Assembly: GCF_004010195.1 (NCBI RefSeq)
Contig: NC_057720.1
Span: 25,769,159 to 25,831,940, forward strand
Direction of reading: 5' to 3'
Length of the DNA: 62,782 nt
DNA from: Chiloscyllium plagiosum
Lineage: Eukaryota
Positions 24,572-36,900 of the stretch are shown here, one piece after another; within the stretch, counting starts at the first letter, position 1, and every line of letters begins with the position of its first letter. The notes below the pieces were generated by a model, which did not search any database, had not been told where the DNA came from, and saw nothing but the letters and a program-made list of their open reading frames with translations. The translations under genes and the position numbers were made by a program.

Positions 24572-25754
24572 GTGGACTCAATTGGCCAAATGGCCTTACT
24601 TCCACTCCTATGTCTTATGGTCTTATGGTCTTTGCTGTCTGAGACCTGTGGCTTAATCCAATTTAGACAATGGGAGGAGATATTTCCTTTTGCTGATGAT
24701 AATGCAGTAGATTCTGGAGCCCTGAACCCTCCTTTAGGGCTTCAGATTTCAATCGAGTTCAGACAAAGGGATGAAAGCCTCTATTCTCTGACTATTAACG
24801 ATTTTAAGTAAGAATTTCTTTTCAGATCCCAGTGAGGAAGATTTCAAACTCAAAACTGCCTTCAGATATCATGCTGCTCAACTATCTTCAATAGGCTTTG
24901 TGCTCAAATAAGGGACAGCAGTATCCAATTTAATCTATTTGAAGTTCCCAATGCCACACATTAGCCTAACCTACTCGAGCATGAACTCTGGCTATTAGTA
25001 ATGGTTCAAGTGATACAACCTTTACACTAATGTCCAGTAATCATTTTTATTCTGCTTTCCTTTCTGTTGACAGTTATAAATGCTGAATTTGTTTTAAAGG
25101 TGTCACTCTCCCTATTTCTCTATATTACCCAGATTTGAACCTGTCATTATGCATGCCCCATTGATATTAATAGGTTCAATACCAGTTAGCTGGTAAGTGA
25201 GGAAGAACTGTGTGTGAAACAGTAAGTCACTAAGTAGATAAATATGCAGCCTTTGTTTTCAAACAATTCATCACTGGGAAATTTTAGAATTTAATTATCT
25301 AAATGTTTCTTGACCTAATTCAACATTCAAAGCACGCAGATAACAGGCGTACAACTAGCTTGTATCTAATTTTCATGTGAATTCAGGCCACCGCTAAATC
25401 GTGAAGGTCCTTTTTTATGATATCCTGGCAGCTGCCTGAATGCAATGTAGGCTTAATACACAACTGTAGCTGAACGTATACTAAGTTCTGTATGTCAAAA
25501 CAGGCCTAATTATATACACAGTGACGTTTAGTTTCTGCAGCTTACTCTATGAATTAAAAACCTAGCTTCTTTATATTATTTTCTTTCAACCACTTATTTC
25601 CTGCACTCCATTTAAGCTTGACATGAAAGCTTTAATGCTCCCTGAAAGGGGTAGATAATTTAGCCTGTGAATTTTTAAGATCGATAATAAGGAAGTGTTG
25701 ATTTTGGATTACGTAATCTACCAAGGCAAAAGATCAACAGATTATTTAACGTTT

Positions 25755-26185
25755 TGTTTTATTTTTCATGCTATGTGGGTCTCATTGGCAAGGCCAGTAT
25801 TTATTGCTCAACCATTTGTCCTTCAGGACATGGTGATGAGTTGCCTTCTTTAGCAGTACTTTTGTTGTAGGTACACCCACAGTGTTGTTTGGAATGGAGC
25901 ACCAGGAGTTTGACCCAGCTACAATGAAGCAGTTATTGGTCCAAATCAGGCTGGTGCGTGCATTGGAGGATAACTTGTCAATGGTGGTGTTACAGTGCCT
26001 TGGGTGATGTTGTCATTCTAAATGGTATAGTTCGTGGGTTTGGAAAGTGCTGTGGAAGCAAGTTTGAGATGTTATTGCGGTGCATCTTGTATAGGATAGA
26101 CACTACTACAACTGTGTGCAGATAATGGATAGAGTCACTGATGGGTTGCTAATCAAGTGGGCTTTATTTGTCTTTACTGAAGAGT
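25755..26185 (-). mobile_element. LINE family B 3' end
   Basis: ggccagtatttattgc, ggtgatgagttgccttct and gtgcatcttgta (reverse complement of the family tail). Confidence 0.7.
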
Positions 26186-26769
26186 TGATTCCATGGAGTG
26201 TGGTGCATGCAGTAGCCTCAAGTTTGGAGCATGAGGCAATATGATCCGCACAACATGGACCAAGTGCTGGAAAACGGGACAAGAATAGTTAGGTGGTGGC
26301 TTTTATCCAGCATCAACATGATGGGCCAATGGGCCAATGGGCCTATTCTGTGCTGTAGATCTCTCAACTCCCCTTTCTCTTCAAGCAAATCTGTTTGAAT
26401 ATTCTAGGACACCATTTTGTATGTGCAGAAGCCTCACTGGCCTTTTAAAAAATATGTTAGTTGATGTAAAGTGTTTGCACTCTGGAATTGCTGTGATGCA
26501 GTGTGGCATTGTAATTGATGATGCACAACTGAATGATGTGAATGTGGAAATTAATCGTGGAAAAATTCTGTGACTTAAAGCTAGGCTGCCATAGCTGTTT
26601 CTGAAACCTGAATTCTGTTGTTGGTGTAATGGTCTTAACGTTGTCCGTATTCTCTAGTGTTTTGTTTTGCCTGTCGCTTGTTGCTTAATTCACCACAGGT
26701 CAAGAGCAGCAAATACTGCTCTGGACAGTGATGCCCTCATTCTGTTAATAAATTACTTAAAAAAATGCA

Positions 26770-27440
26770 TATCTGTCATGCTTTTTAGATATTAAAACAT
26801 CACAAGGTGCTTTGAAGGAATTATATCAAGCAAAATTTGTGTGAAGAACTATTAGGACAACAAAGTAGATTTTAAGAAGGTTTTAAGGAGGATTATAAAG
26901 AAAAACAGGGAGACAGAGGCACAAAAAAGGTTTCGTGAGAGAATTCCACAGCTTAAGCTACGCCAAAGCAGTTGAAAGTATGGTCACAATGCTAGAGCAA
27001 TTGAAATCAGGGATGTGCAAGAGATCAGAATTAGATAAGTGCAGGAGGTCAAAGAACAAAAGGTAATAGTGAAAGACAAGGCTATGGACAGAGTTGAAAC
27101 CAAGGGTAAATATCTGAGAATTTTAAAATTGCCAGGTTGAATCCCAATGAAGATTATCCAGCATAAGCGTGATGCGTGAAAATGATTCAGTGTGAGTTAA
27201 TGTATGGACTGCAGTGTTTCAGATGAACTCAAATTAGTGGACAGTATAAAATGTGACGTAGGCAGAAGAGTGTCAGATTAATCAAGTCTAAAAAAAATGG
27301 TATAGGTGAAGATTTCTACAAAGAGCTGAACAGTGCTACAGAGATGGATGTCTCGGTGGTGGTATAGATAGGTGGCTGGAATATCAATTTGGGATCAAAT
27401 CTGACAACAGGATCTGAACAGCCTGAATCAGGCAGTTATT
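26770..27440 (-). mobile_element. L2-like LINE relic
   Basis: aacatcacaaggtgcttt, gtagattttaagaagg and gagaattccacagctta. Related pieces at 35005-35270 and 47400-47600. Confidence 0.5.
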
Positions 27441-28554
27441 AGAGACAAGGGTTTTTAAAAAGCAGTTTAAAATAGAGCAGCGAGATCATGTTCAGAAATG
27501 AGAGGTTTGCAGAGGAATTTCCAAACCTTAAGACTTAGTCAACTAAAGATTTAGCTACCATGGGGAATGCAGAGGAGGTTAGAAGTGAAGGAGATCAGCA
27601 CTATATAGAGGTGTGATACCAAAGAAGGATTTGAAAATGAAAGGTCCTTGTTTCAACTGTCCTGCTAATGACTGAAGAAGGAAGAGAAAAAGACAAATCT
27701 CATTAAATGACTAGATCATGCTATACAATGAAGGCAGCCAATGAATTTTGTTATAGGCTTTACTCTTTCTATATTCCCACACATTTCTCCCCACTAACAA
27801 CTACCTTCACCATCCAAGAAATGTCATCTGTTAGTATACAGCCTTCAGTTGGCACACAATGAAAATGATTCCTGCCTGTATTCATTAAAGTCAATGTTAT
27901 GTTGAAATTTAAGCTACTGACACACATCAAACCATTACTGGCGAGATATGCCAGAATATTCAGTGGTATCCGTGCTGCTGACTCAGTTGCCAGATGTGAC
28001 AGGCTTGTGAATGTCCCAGTGGAAAACTGGGAAAAAAAAAGAGAAGGGCTCTCATTTCTCCCAAGTAATTCGGTGCCCAACAATGCAACGTTTAATTGAT
28101 AGAACCCATGTTACCATCGGGACACAATGCAACGCGGTTTAAATGAACTGTGCAGAATTTAGTTTGATCAGCAGGCAGATTAGACCTGATCATTGCCAAT
28201 ACAAATACAGTAGGAAAGTGAAGAATACACTGGGATGATCGTGATGCTCCCATCTGCAGCTGTTGGCAATGTCACTACTGTTTGAAGGAGCCATTTGAAA
28301 AGATTGCTGCTTGCTGGAAACACTGGCTGGATATCAATCCACACTCCTACACCAGTGATGAAAGAATAGACACTGAGGCTCTTGCCTTTGCCCAGGCTTT
28401 AATGAAATATATCATTAAGATGTTGAAGACAAATCAAAGCAGAAACATACTGTGTAACTTGTAAACATTATATGGGTTTGCTGTGTTCGAGATAATGCCA
28501 TTATTTGAAAAGGAAAATCCCCTCTAGCCAGAAAGACTGGATTTTGAGGATGTG

Positions 28555-29405
28555 ACGTTTGTATCTTCAGTGTGATTTGGACAAGTGGATGAATGCATGG
28601 CAGCTGCAGTATAATCTAGATAAATGTGACGTTATCCAACTTGGGTGCAAAGACAAGGAGGTAGACTATTTATTTCAATGGTTAAAAATTGAGAGAGTGA
28701 GATGTGCTATCCTCATACACAAGTCACCAAAGGTAACCATACAGGTTCAGCACATAGAAAAGGAATCAAATGATATGTTGGCCTTCATAGTGAGAGGATT
28801 CAAGCACAAGAGGAAGGATGTCTTACTGTAATTATGCAGGGCTTTGGTGAGGCGACACCAGGAATATTGCATGCAGTTTTGGTCTCCTTATTTAATAAGG
28901 AAAGATGTTATTGCTATAGAGGGAGTTTAGTGAATTTTGACCAGACTGATTCCTAGGATGAGAGAACTAAAGCAAGAGGAGAGACTGAATTAATTAGGAT
29001 TACATTTACTGCCGCTCAGAAGAATGAAGGGGGATCTCATAGAAACCCGCAAAGTTTGAACAGGACTAGACAGGGTAGATGGAGGAAGGATGTTCCCACT
29101 GGTGGAGGAATCGAGAACTGGTGCTCACAGTCAAGGATATGGGGTAAATCATTTAGGACTGAGATGAGGAGAAATTTCTTCGTCCAGAAAACGATGAGCC
29201 TATGGAATTTGTTACCACAGAAAGCACAGAACATTGTATGATTTCAAGAAGGAGTTAGGTATAATACTTGGGGCTAAAAGAATTAAATGAAGGACATGTG
29301 GGGTTGAGCTGAATGATCAGCCATCATCATGATGAATAACGGTGCAGTATCGAAGGGCTAAATGGCTTAGTCCTGCTTCTATTTTCTGTTTCTATATTTC
29401 TATGT
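28555..29405 (+). mobile_element. Old CR1 3' portion
   Basis: LQCDLDKWMNAWQLQYNLDKCDVI, MLAFIVRG and EMRRNFFVQKTMSLWNLLP. Confidence 0.85.
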
Positions 29406-30439
29406 TTCCTTCTACAGTGCTTCAGAAACAGTCTGCACTTTGCAAATGACCAGGGATCCCTGTACAAATTACTGTAAGCACCATGATCAAGCATGAAGCG
29501 TCCCAGCAAGATGTTCTCATCCATCCCTGAGCCTTCGAAATTAGTACCTAATGTCTTTATAGTCACAGACACCCTGGGTAGACTTTCCAGCGGTTTCTCC
29601 TGATCCCCAACTTGAATGTCAGCAGAAAAACTAGAAAAGCAAAACTGATTGTCTGTTTATCTTTGTTTCCAGGATTTCTTTACTCCTCCAAAGAGTTACT
29701 GTTGGAAAAATGGTCGTTCCATCCTTGAGAGCTGCTTGCAGTTTGCCCTGAATCTGCCACTTCAAACGTTTGTGAATTCCTGCAGGTATTACAACCATAA
29801 TGCTGTATTTTCTATCATACTTCATGCAAGGAATGCAGAAAATCTCAACCAATCATTGGAAAGCTTCTGCTCAATAATCTGTCTAAATCTAAGAACCTAT
29901 CATTGATGCTTGTGCAGACCAAACCCACGTTCCTCTTATGGTCAGGTACCTGTTACTATGTCCACTTGTTCCTACTCACTAGTGTTCAAGACATGACCTG
30001 GTTTCCCCTCCTACTCTTTCTACCTAGTGCCCATGGAGTTATGTGCTTGATGATTGTTGAGGTGACAATGCCCTCAGTTCCTCCTCAGGTGAAAAAGATA
30101 AAGCATATTCCATCTATCCAATACTAATACATTTTAGTTCATTATTTGCATTGACTGCAAAATAAAACTTTGCAATATCTTTACAGCACATTTTAAATTT
30201 CAAACTGTTTTTGCAGAACTGATTGCTGCATTTTTCACATATAACTTTACAACCATCAGACTTCATGTCAATGTTTTTCTTTTTCTATTCCATTAGATTT
30301 CAATTTTTTGGTTCTTTTATGCAGTCTCCACTCCAAATGCCAGTTCTGGTTGAGAAAGTGAGCAGAGAACATCCCTAAACACCTTTGCAGTGCCACTCTG
30401 AGCTGACTGCTCAGGAGTGAACCCAATCTTCACTTAACT

Positions 30440-31848
30440 CCTGTATGGTAGGGAATGGCTTACTCTTCGAGTGCCATCATAGAGATTAACAACTCTCCCT
30501 TGTCTCGATAAATCTGCTTAATTCCACTTCGGTCTAAGTCACCACAGTAAGTCAGGTCTCCAGTGAGCATCCATGAGACACCCTGGGCCATCAACAGCTG
30601 AACCCCAATCATGGCATAGTATCTCTCCCACCCTACCATGACCATCAAGCCAGGAAATCAACCCTGGTTCAATGAAGAATGCAAGAGGGAATGCCAAGAG
30701 CAGCATTAGGCATGCCTAAAAGTTAGGTGTAAACCTGTTGAAACTACAACCCAGAACTACTTGCTTGCCAAACAGAGGAAGCAGTTTGCAGCAGATGTGA
30801 TCCCACAACCAGTGGATCAGATCTAAGCTCTGTAGCGCTGCTACATTCAGCCATGAATAGTAGTGGACTATTAAACATGCACTGGAGGAAGAGGTTCAAC
30901 AAATGCTCCCACAATCAAAAAGGCATCGCCCAGATGTACACATCTGTGCAAAAGGCAAGATTGAAGCATTTGTCTCTTTCTGAGATCTTCAACATCACAG
31001 TTGCTTGCCTTTTCATTCACTCCATGAGATAACAAGAAAACATTGAATACTGCAAACACTAAGAGTCCCACAATAATAACTGAAGACCTGTGCTTCAGTA
31101 CCAGCCATGCCCCTAGCCAAGCAGTTACAGCGTTGCTATCTACCAAACAATGTGGAAATAGGTCCTGTCCACAATAAGCAGGGTACAGTTAACCTGCTTA
31201 ATTACTGTCCTATCGAGCTACTCTCAGTCATCAGCAAGGAAATGCAAGGGACCACCAACAGTGCAATGCAGCTGCACTTGCAAACAAATAATGTTGTCAT
31301 CTAATTAGGCATCTGGCGGAGATTCCTCCCTTTCTGTTTTTTTGACTGCTTGTCCACCATCTACAAGTCAGAAGTGTGATGGAGTATTCTTCATTTGTTT
31401 CACTAGGTACTCCAGCAATACTCACGAATGTTAGCACCATCCAGATCTGAGCTGCCTGCCTGATTGGCATGGCATCTACCACCTTCAACATTCACTCTGA
31501 TCACCACCAATGTGCAACGACAGCAGCGTGTATCATCTGCAAGATGCACAGCCGTAACTCACCAAGGCTTCTCTGGCAGTAGCAGATACACGGGAGCACC
31601 ACAACCTGCAGGGTCACCTCCAATCCACTCACCATCCTGATTTGGTATTATATCAACTCCCCAACACTGTCACTGTGTCAAAATCCTGGAACTCCCCTTT
31701 TTAATAGCATTGTTCATCTGCTTACACTCCCAGGACTGCAGCAGTTCAAGAAGGCAGCTCTCTACCACGGTCTCCATGTGGTTAGACAATGCCAATAAAT
31801 GCTGGTCCAACCAGCAGCACCTACATCCCATGAAAGACTAAAAAAAAA
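30440..31848 (+). mobile_element. LINE family B with internal deletions
   Basis: NQPWFNEECKR, LNYCPIELLSVISK and 3' end caataaatgctggtcc...cccatgaaagactaaaaaaaa. Confidence 0.8.
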
Positions 31849-31867
31849 TCCAACTGCATACCATCCC

Positions 31868-31965
31868 ATTCTGAGGAAGGGTCACTCGACCCAAAATATT
31901 AACTCTGATTTCTCTCCACAGATTGTGCAAGACTTGCTGAGCTTTTCCAGAAATTTCTGTTTTTG
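31868..31965 (+). mobile_element. PLE terminal-repeat fragment with degenerate hammerhead motif
   Basis: CUGAGGA-A-GGGUC-ACUC-GACCC-AAAA (GAAA box mutated), then aactctgatttctctccacagat. Confidence 0.6.
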
Positions 31966-32538
31966 GGGACCATCCCTCTGCAGTGCTACCTTGCTCACAA
32001 ACATCATCTGGATACCATAGAGTCAAGTAAATGTTCATTGGCTGAAACCTATGGCTTTTTTGTTGCTGTTTTTGTATTGACATGTTAGATTAACATCTGA
32101 TGGCAATGAAATCTGACATTTTCTGTTGCTGTGACATTTTATGTAGTGATAGAAAACAAGAATACCTTCAGAATGAAATGTGCTGCCTGAAGCCCAGAGG
32201 AAGGTTTTAAAAAGAGATTACTCAGCTGTCAGATCATAATGGCTCAACTAGCACATGGAGAGCATTGCTAAAAGATAAAATGGCTATTAATAAAAGTTTT
32301 TGGCGATGAAACTCTGCATATATTGCCACACACTGCTGCTGTAAGTGCATCAGAGGATATGCAACATTCCAGACTCTCTCAAAGCACTCTTCAGTCTAGT
32401 TGAGGGAAGAATGTTTATCCATTTCAAACTTCAGAGCAAGAGGGCATAGGAGTGGAACTCTGCTGAGAGTTTAATTGCATTCATGTGATGAATATTAACT
32501 GGGGATTCTCTTGTGCTCTTATAGAACACTGTAGATTT

Positions 32539-32651
32539 AGGGGCCCTTGTATTGGTGGTAGTGTTGCTACCTCTAATGCAGGCAGACCCAGATTCAAGTC
32601 CTACCTGCTCCAGAGGTGTGTCATAAAACCTTTGAACATGTTGATTAGAAA
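32539..32651 (+). mobile_element. Short tRNA-derived SINE
   Basis: tggtagtgtt, gattcaagtcc and ccagaggtgtgtcataa...tgaacatgttgattagaaa. Reverse copy at about 54008-54098. Confidence 0.55.
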
Positions 32652-33394
32652 GTCGTGGACTAAAGGTTTGGAGGTGAATGTGCATAATGTTATGTATGTT
32701 TAATTAAGCAGTTATAGTACGATGAGACTCTAGTTCTAACCTTCATTGTCTGGCTATCTGGAATTGAACATATATAGTTCCTCAGTGGTTAAGGGAATTC
32801 TTCAGAGAAATATAGAATTCCGAGGAAACCATTTGGCTTATAGTGCACAAGCTAGCTCTCTGCAAAAGCAGTTGACCAAGTCCAATTTGCCTTTGCTTTC
32901 CCATAGCTCTTCAAGTTTTTTTCTCCCAATGTTTTTCCAATTTCCTGTAAAAGCCATGGTTGAATCTGCCTTCTCTGTAAGCAGTATATACTAGATTTTC
33001 ATCATCCTCTGTGTTAAAAAAAATCACTTTTTATTAATGTGACCTTTGCTACTTTTATCTATCACTAAAAACTACTTGCTCTGTTTCTCAACCCTTCTTT
33101 TAATGGGAACAGGTTTGCTCTATTTGCTCTGTCCACAGTTTGAAAATCTCAATCAAAACTTCCTTCAAGCTCAAGTTTGCCAAGACCAACAATTCCTGCT
33201 TCCCCAATTTATCTGTCTAATTCAAATTGTCTCACATCTAGAACCATTCTTGAAAACTTTTACTACACCCAGTCCAAAGATTTCATTGGACGCAATATTC
33301 AAGTTGAGGCTGAATCTCTGTTCTATTAAGATTTGCCATAATGTCCTTGCTTCTACACATTGTGAATAGGTGAATCACATTACCAATTTTTCAG

Positions 33395-33905
33395 TGGAGT
33401 TTAAAAGGTTAAGATCAACGAGGTAAAAACAATGACTGCAGATGCTGGAAACCAGATTCTGGATCAGTGGTGCTGGAAGAGCACAGCAATTCAGGCAGCA
33501 TCCGACAAGCTCGTCGGATGCTGCCTGAATTGCTGTGCTCTTCCAGCACCACTGATCCAGAATTTAAAAAGTTAAGGATGACCTTACAGAGGTTTATAAA
33601 ATCATGAGGGGCATAGATAAGGTAAGTAGCAAAGGTCTTTTCCCTAGGGTAGGGGCGTTCAAAACTAGAAGACATAATTTTAAGGTGAACAGATAAAGAT
33701 TTAAAAGGGACCTAATGGGCAACCTTTTCACAAAAAGGTGGGGTACATATGTGAAATGAAGAGAAAGTGGTAGATTCAGGTACAGTTACATTTAAAAGAC
33801 ATTTGGACAGGTACATAAATAGGAAAGGTTTAGAAGTGCATGGGCCAAAAGCAGGCAAATGAGAATAGTTTCGTATGGGAAACTTGGTCAGCATGGACGA
33901 GTTGT
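33395..33905 (+). mobile_element. CR1 3' end interrupted by a PLE-derived insertion at about 33416-33563
   Basis: gaggtttataaaatcatgaggggcatagataagg, acatttaaaagacatttggacaggtac and ggtcagcatggacgagttg. Confidence 0.8.
33456..33563. repeat. 108-bp near-perfect palindrome of PLE terminal-repeat sequence
   Basis: Two 54-bp arms with no spacer and one mismatch (A33507/C33512). Confidence 0.97.
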
Positions 33906-36900
33906 AATCTGTGGATCAAAGCGCGAAGAAAGTTGAAAATCTCAGTTTTGGGAGTATTCATATAAGAAGGCTTCATCATACAAGTGAAATAAATACCAGG
34001 AAAAATCAACTGAGTCAAACTTAGAAATTTGAGACATGGGGCATTTACACTGAATGTGAAACTACAAAAAGATGTTATTGGGCAATAGATGATACATTGC
34101 TTTGCTATGTTTTAAGAGCTTTCAAACTGTTCTACATTTAAATAGCTTTATATGTTACATTTTTTCATTTCTTCAATAAATATTGCTTCATCTTAAAGAA
34201 AATCTGCAGCCTCATTACTCTATGATGCTATGACTTTATGACTCGAGCTTATGCTTCACTGAGTGTTAAAATGAAAAAAAAATCTATCAATTCAGGTTTC
34301 ATTCTGGGAACTGTCCTATCTAGAATAAATTCAGCTGGGATTGTCACTAAGTGTTTTTTGAAAAGAAAAACATTCAAGCCAAAAGATAATGGAAATGAAA
34401 ATCCAGTGGCTATCTGGTATGCCCTGAGAGAAACCACAGAATGTCACATAGAAGAGAGCTGAAGGAACTTTAGACAGCAGCCCTTTAAAGGGAGAGTCCA
34501 TTTTTAAAAAACTGAACTTCCTGCAGGTTATGCCTGAAACAATCCCAAGTTATAAATGGGAAGAAAGGCAATTCTGGAGGAAAGACCTGTTGGTATTTTA
34601 CTCTTCAATGAATATACACAAAACGTGTTTAAAAATCAAATGCAACCCAGGAAAAGGGCTCCAAGTGGAGGCTGAATACTGGAGGTGGGTAACGGGGTCA
34701 TTGAAACGAGGACAGGATTGCTGCCTGAAGAATTGAGGGCGGAGACAGAGGCAGCAGTAAAACAGTTCAACATCATGACGAGCCCGAAATTCATTAAAGC
34801 AGGGGCGTAAGTATATGACTATCTTTGACCTGGGAAATGTTATCCTAAGAGGAGGAATTCTTTTTAAGTTGACCTGGTTGCAATCAATTGAAGGAGGCTA
34901 TTCATCCCACCTGACCCGGAAGTGCATAGATCTTGGAGTGACCCATCTGGCATCATAATGAATTGGGACCCCTCACCCTGCGATCAATTGCATCAATAGC
35001 ACCCTTAATGTAGTGACATATCTCAAGGCATTTAACAGATACTATTTGCAAATAAATTTTATCATTGAATCACACAGAGAAGTATTAATGCAGGTGATCA
35101 CAACCTTAGTCAAAGAGGTAGGTTTTAAGAGGCATTTTAAAAGAACAGATAAAGGTTGAGAAGCAGAGAAGCTTAGTGAGGGAATTCTAGAGCTAGCAAC
35201 TATGGAGTGAGGAAAATCAAGGTTGGACAAGGAATCAGTATTGGAGGAGTGTAAAGATCATGGTGGGATTTTCACTGTAGTTAGTATAAGCCAAACACAT
35301 TCTTTAAACTTATTTAAGTTCAGAAGCAAAGATTTTAGTGCTCAACTCTTGAGTTTAGATTTTTATTTCTGCTTTTGCTTTTTGCAAGTATTTGAATTTC
35401 AAACATCCGAGACTCAATTTGAATTCACATGACGAACCGCAATTATCATCCAAAGTGCACGATCCAGTGCCAGATGGGAATTAAAAATCAGCTTTCAGTC
35501 TAATGCTCCATGGGGAGTTAGAGTGGTGGTGTTGAGTAATTAGATTACGTGGTAGGATATTCATCTAAATATCCTTTCCAGGACTTTGCTGAGTGTAGCA
35601 AATATACAGGAAAGTCTTCTTCCAGTTGTGCAGTAACAAAATTACTCGAAGAAGGGTTTGTGCAAATTCAGTGGTGAGCGAGTTAATCAGTATTGCAATT
35701 CCATTTCAGTTTGGATTTATTGCTTTACAAAGTGTGGCATCCAGCAACAGAGAATTACGTGTGACATTCAAGAGAAAAAACATACAGAAATTAGCACGCA
35801 ATCTAATTTTCTTTTATCTCAACTACTGCTTCAATCAGGACAGAGGATGAGTAACATCAACTGGGTCTTTGGAGATAGGAAATGATTGAAAAGTGATCTT
35901 TACTGAAGTTTCAGATTCCCAGTAACCTTGGCCAGTTTCACAGAGAAGCACATCTATTCCTCCTTGCCACGTTTTCTTCTTGTAGGATTTGCTGATCAGC
36001 GGTGGAGCTCTCTCTGGGGACAGGATAATTGTGTGTCATTTATCTCTGAGAATGCACTGACAGCCTTTTCAGTCGGCATTAAATTACTAGCTAATATACC
36101 ATGAATAAATGATAAGACAGCAGTCTGTGTTTAACTGCTACTACCACAGTGAGGTACTAATTTGCTTCTCCTAAATGTTCAATGCTATAATTTCACCCTC
36201 AACGTATCATCAGAAATGAGTCTCACCTCCAGCTGACAGAAAGGAAATTTCACAAGGTTTATGAAAATTTTCAGTGTTTTAAATTTTTTTTCATCCTTCC
36301 AAAACAACCAAAGCTCTGCGTGGCGTGAGAGAGATTGTCTTAACTATACACTGTAACTCATTAATCAAAGACTACCGTGACTTTGATTTGATATTTCTGC
36401 CTTCACAGTTACCAATTATAAAGATTCAACGAGCAGGAGACCAAAACGCTTTCTAAAGCTTCTACCTTCCAGCTACATCCCACCTCAATCCTCACTGCGG
36501 TACCCCACGAGGGAATTTTTTTTTAATGGGTAATATGTAACAGAATTTGAAAGACATCAATAAAGACCACGTTTACAATTCATGAAAACACATTAAGGAA
36601 ACGATTTCCCTTGATACTGGTGGCTTCATTTGTCAAACGACTGCAAATCAAATATAGAACTGTGGATATAGCTGCACTATATGGACTGCAATGGCTCAAG
36701 GAAGGCAGCTCACCATTACCTTCTCAATGGGAATTAGGGATTGGTGACAAAGGTTAAGCTTATCACATCCGATAGCAGCTGGAAAGAAAAGGTTTTGAAA
36801 TATGTAATATCTCGTGCCTTTTGAGCAGAAAGTATCACCCTCCTATTTGATCAATGATAGCTTATTTTACATTCATCCGAGAGGACTGATGGAGCTTCAG

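Noticed and set aside
35626..35673. 48-nt AG...GT segment as a micro-exon
   Set aside because: Splice signals are unremarkable, the peptide is unrecognised and such matches are expected by chance.
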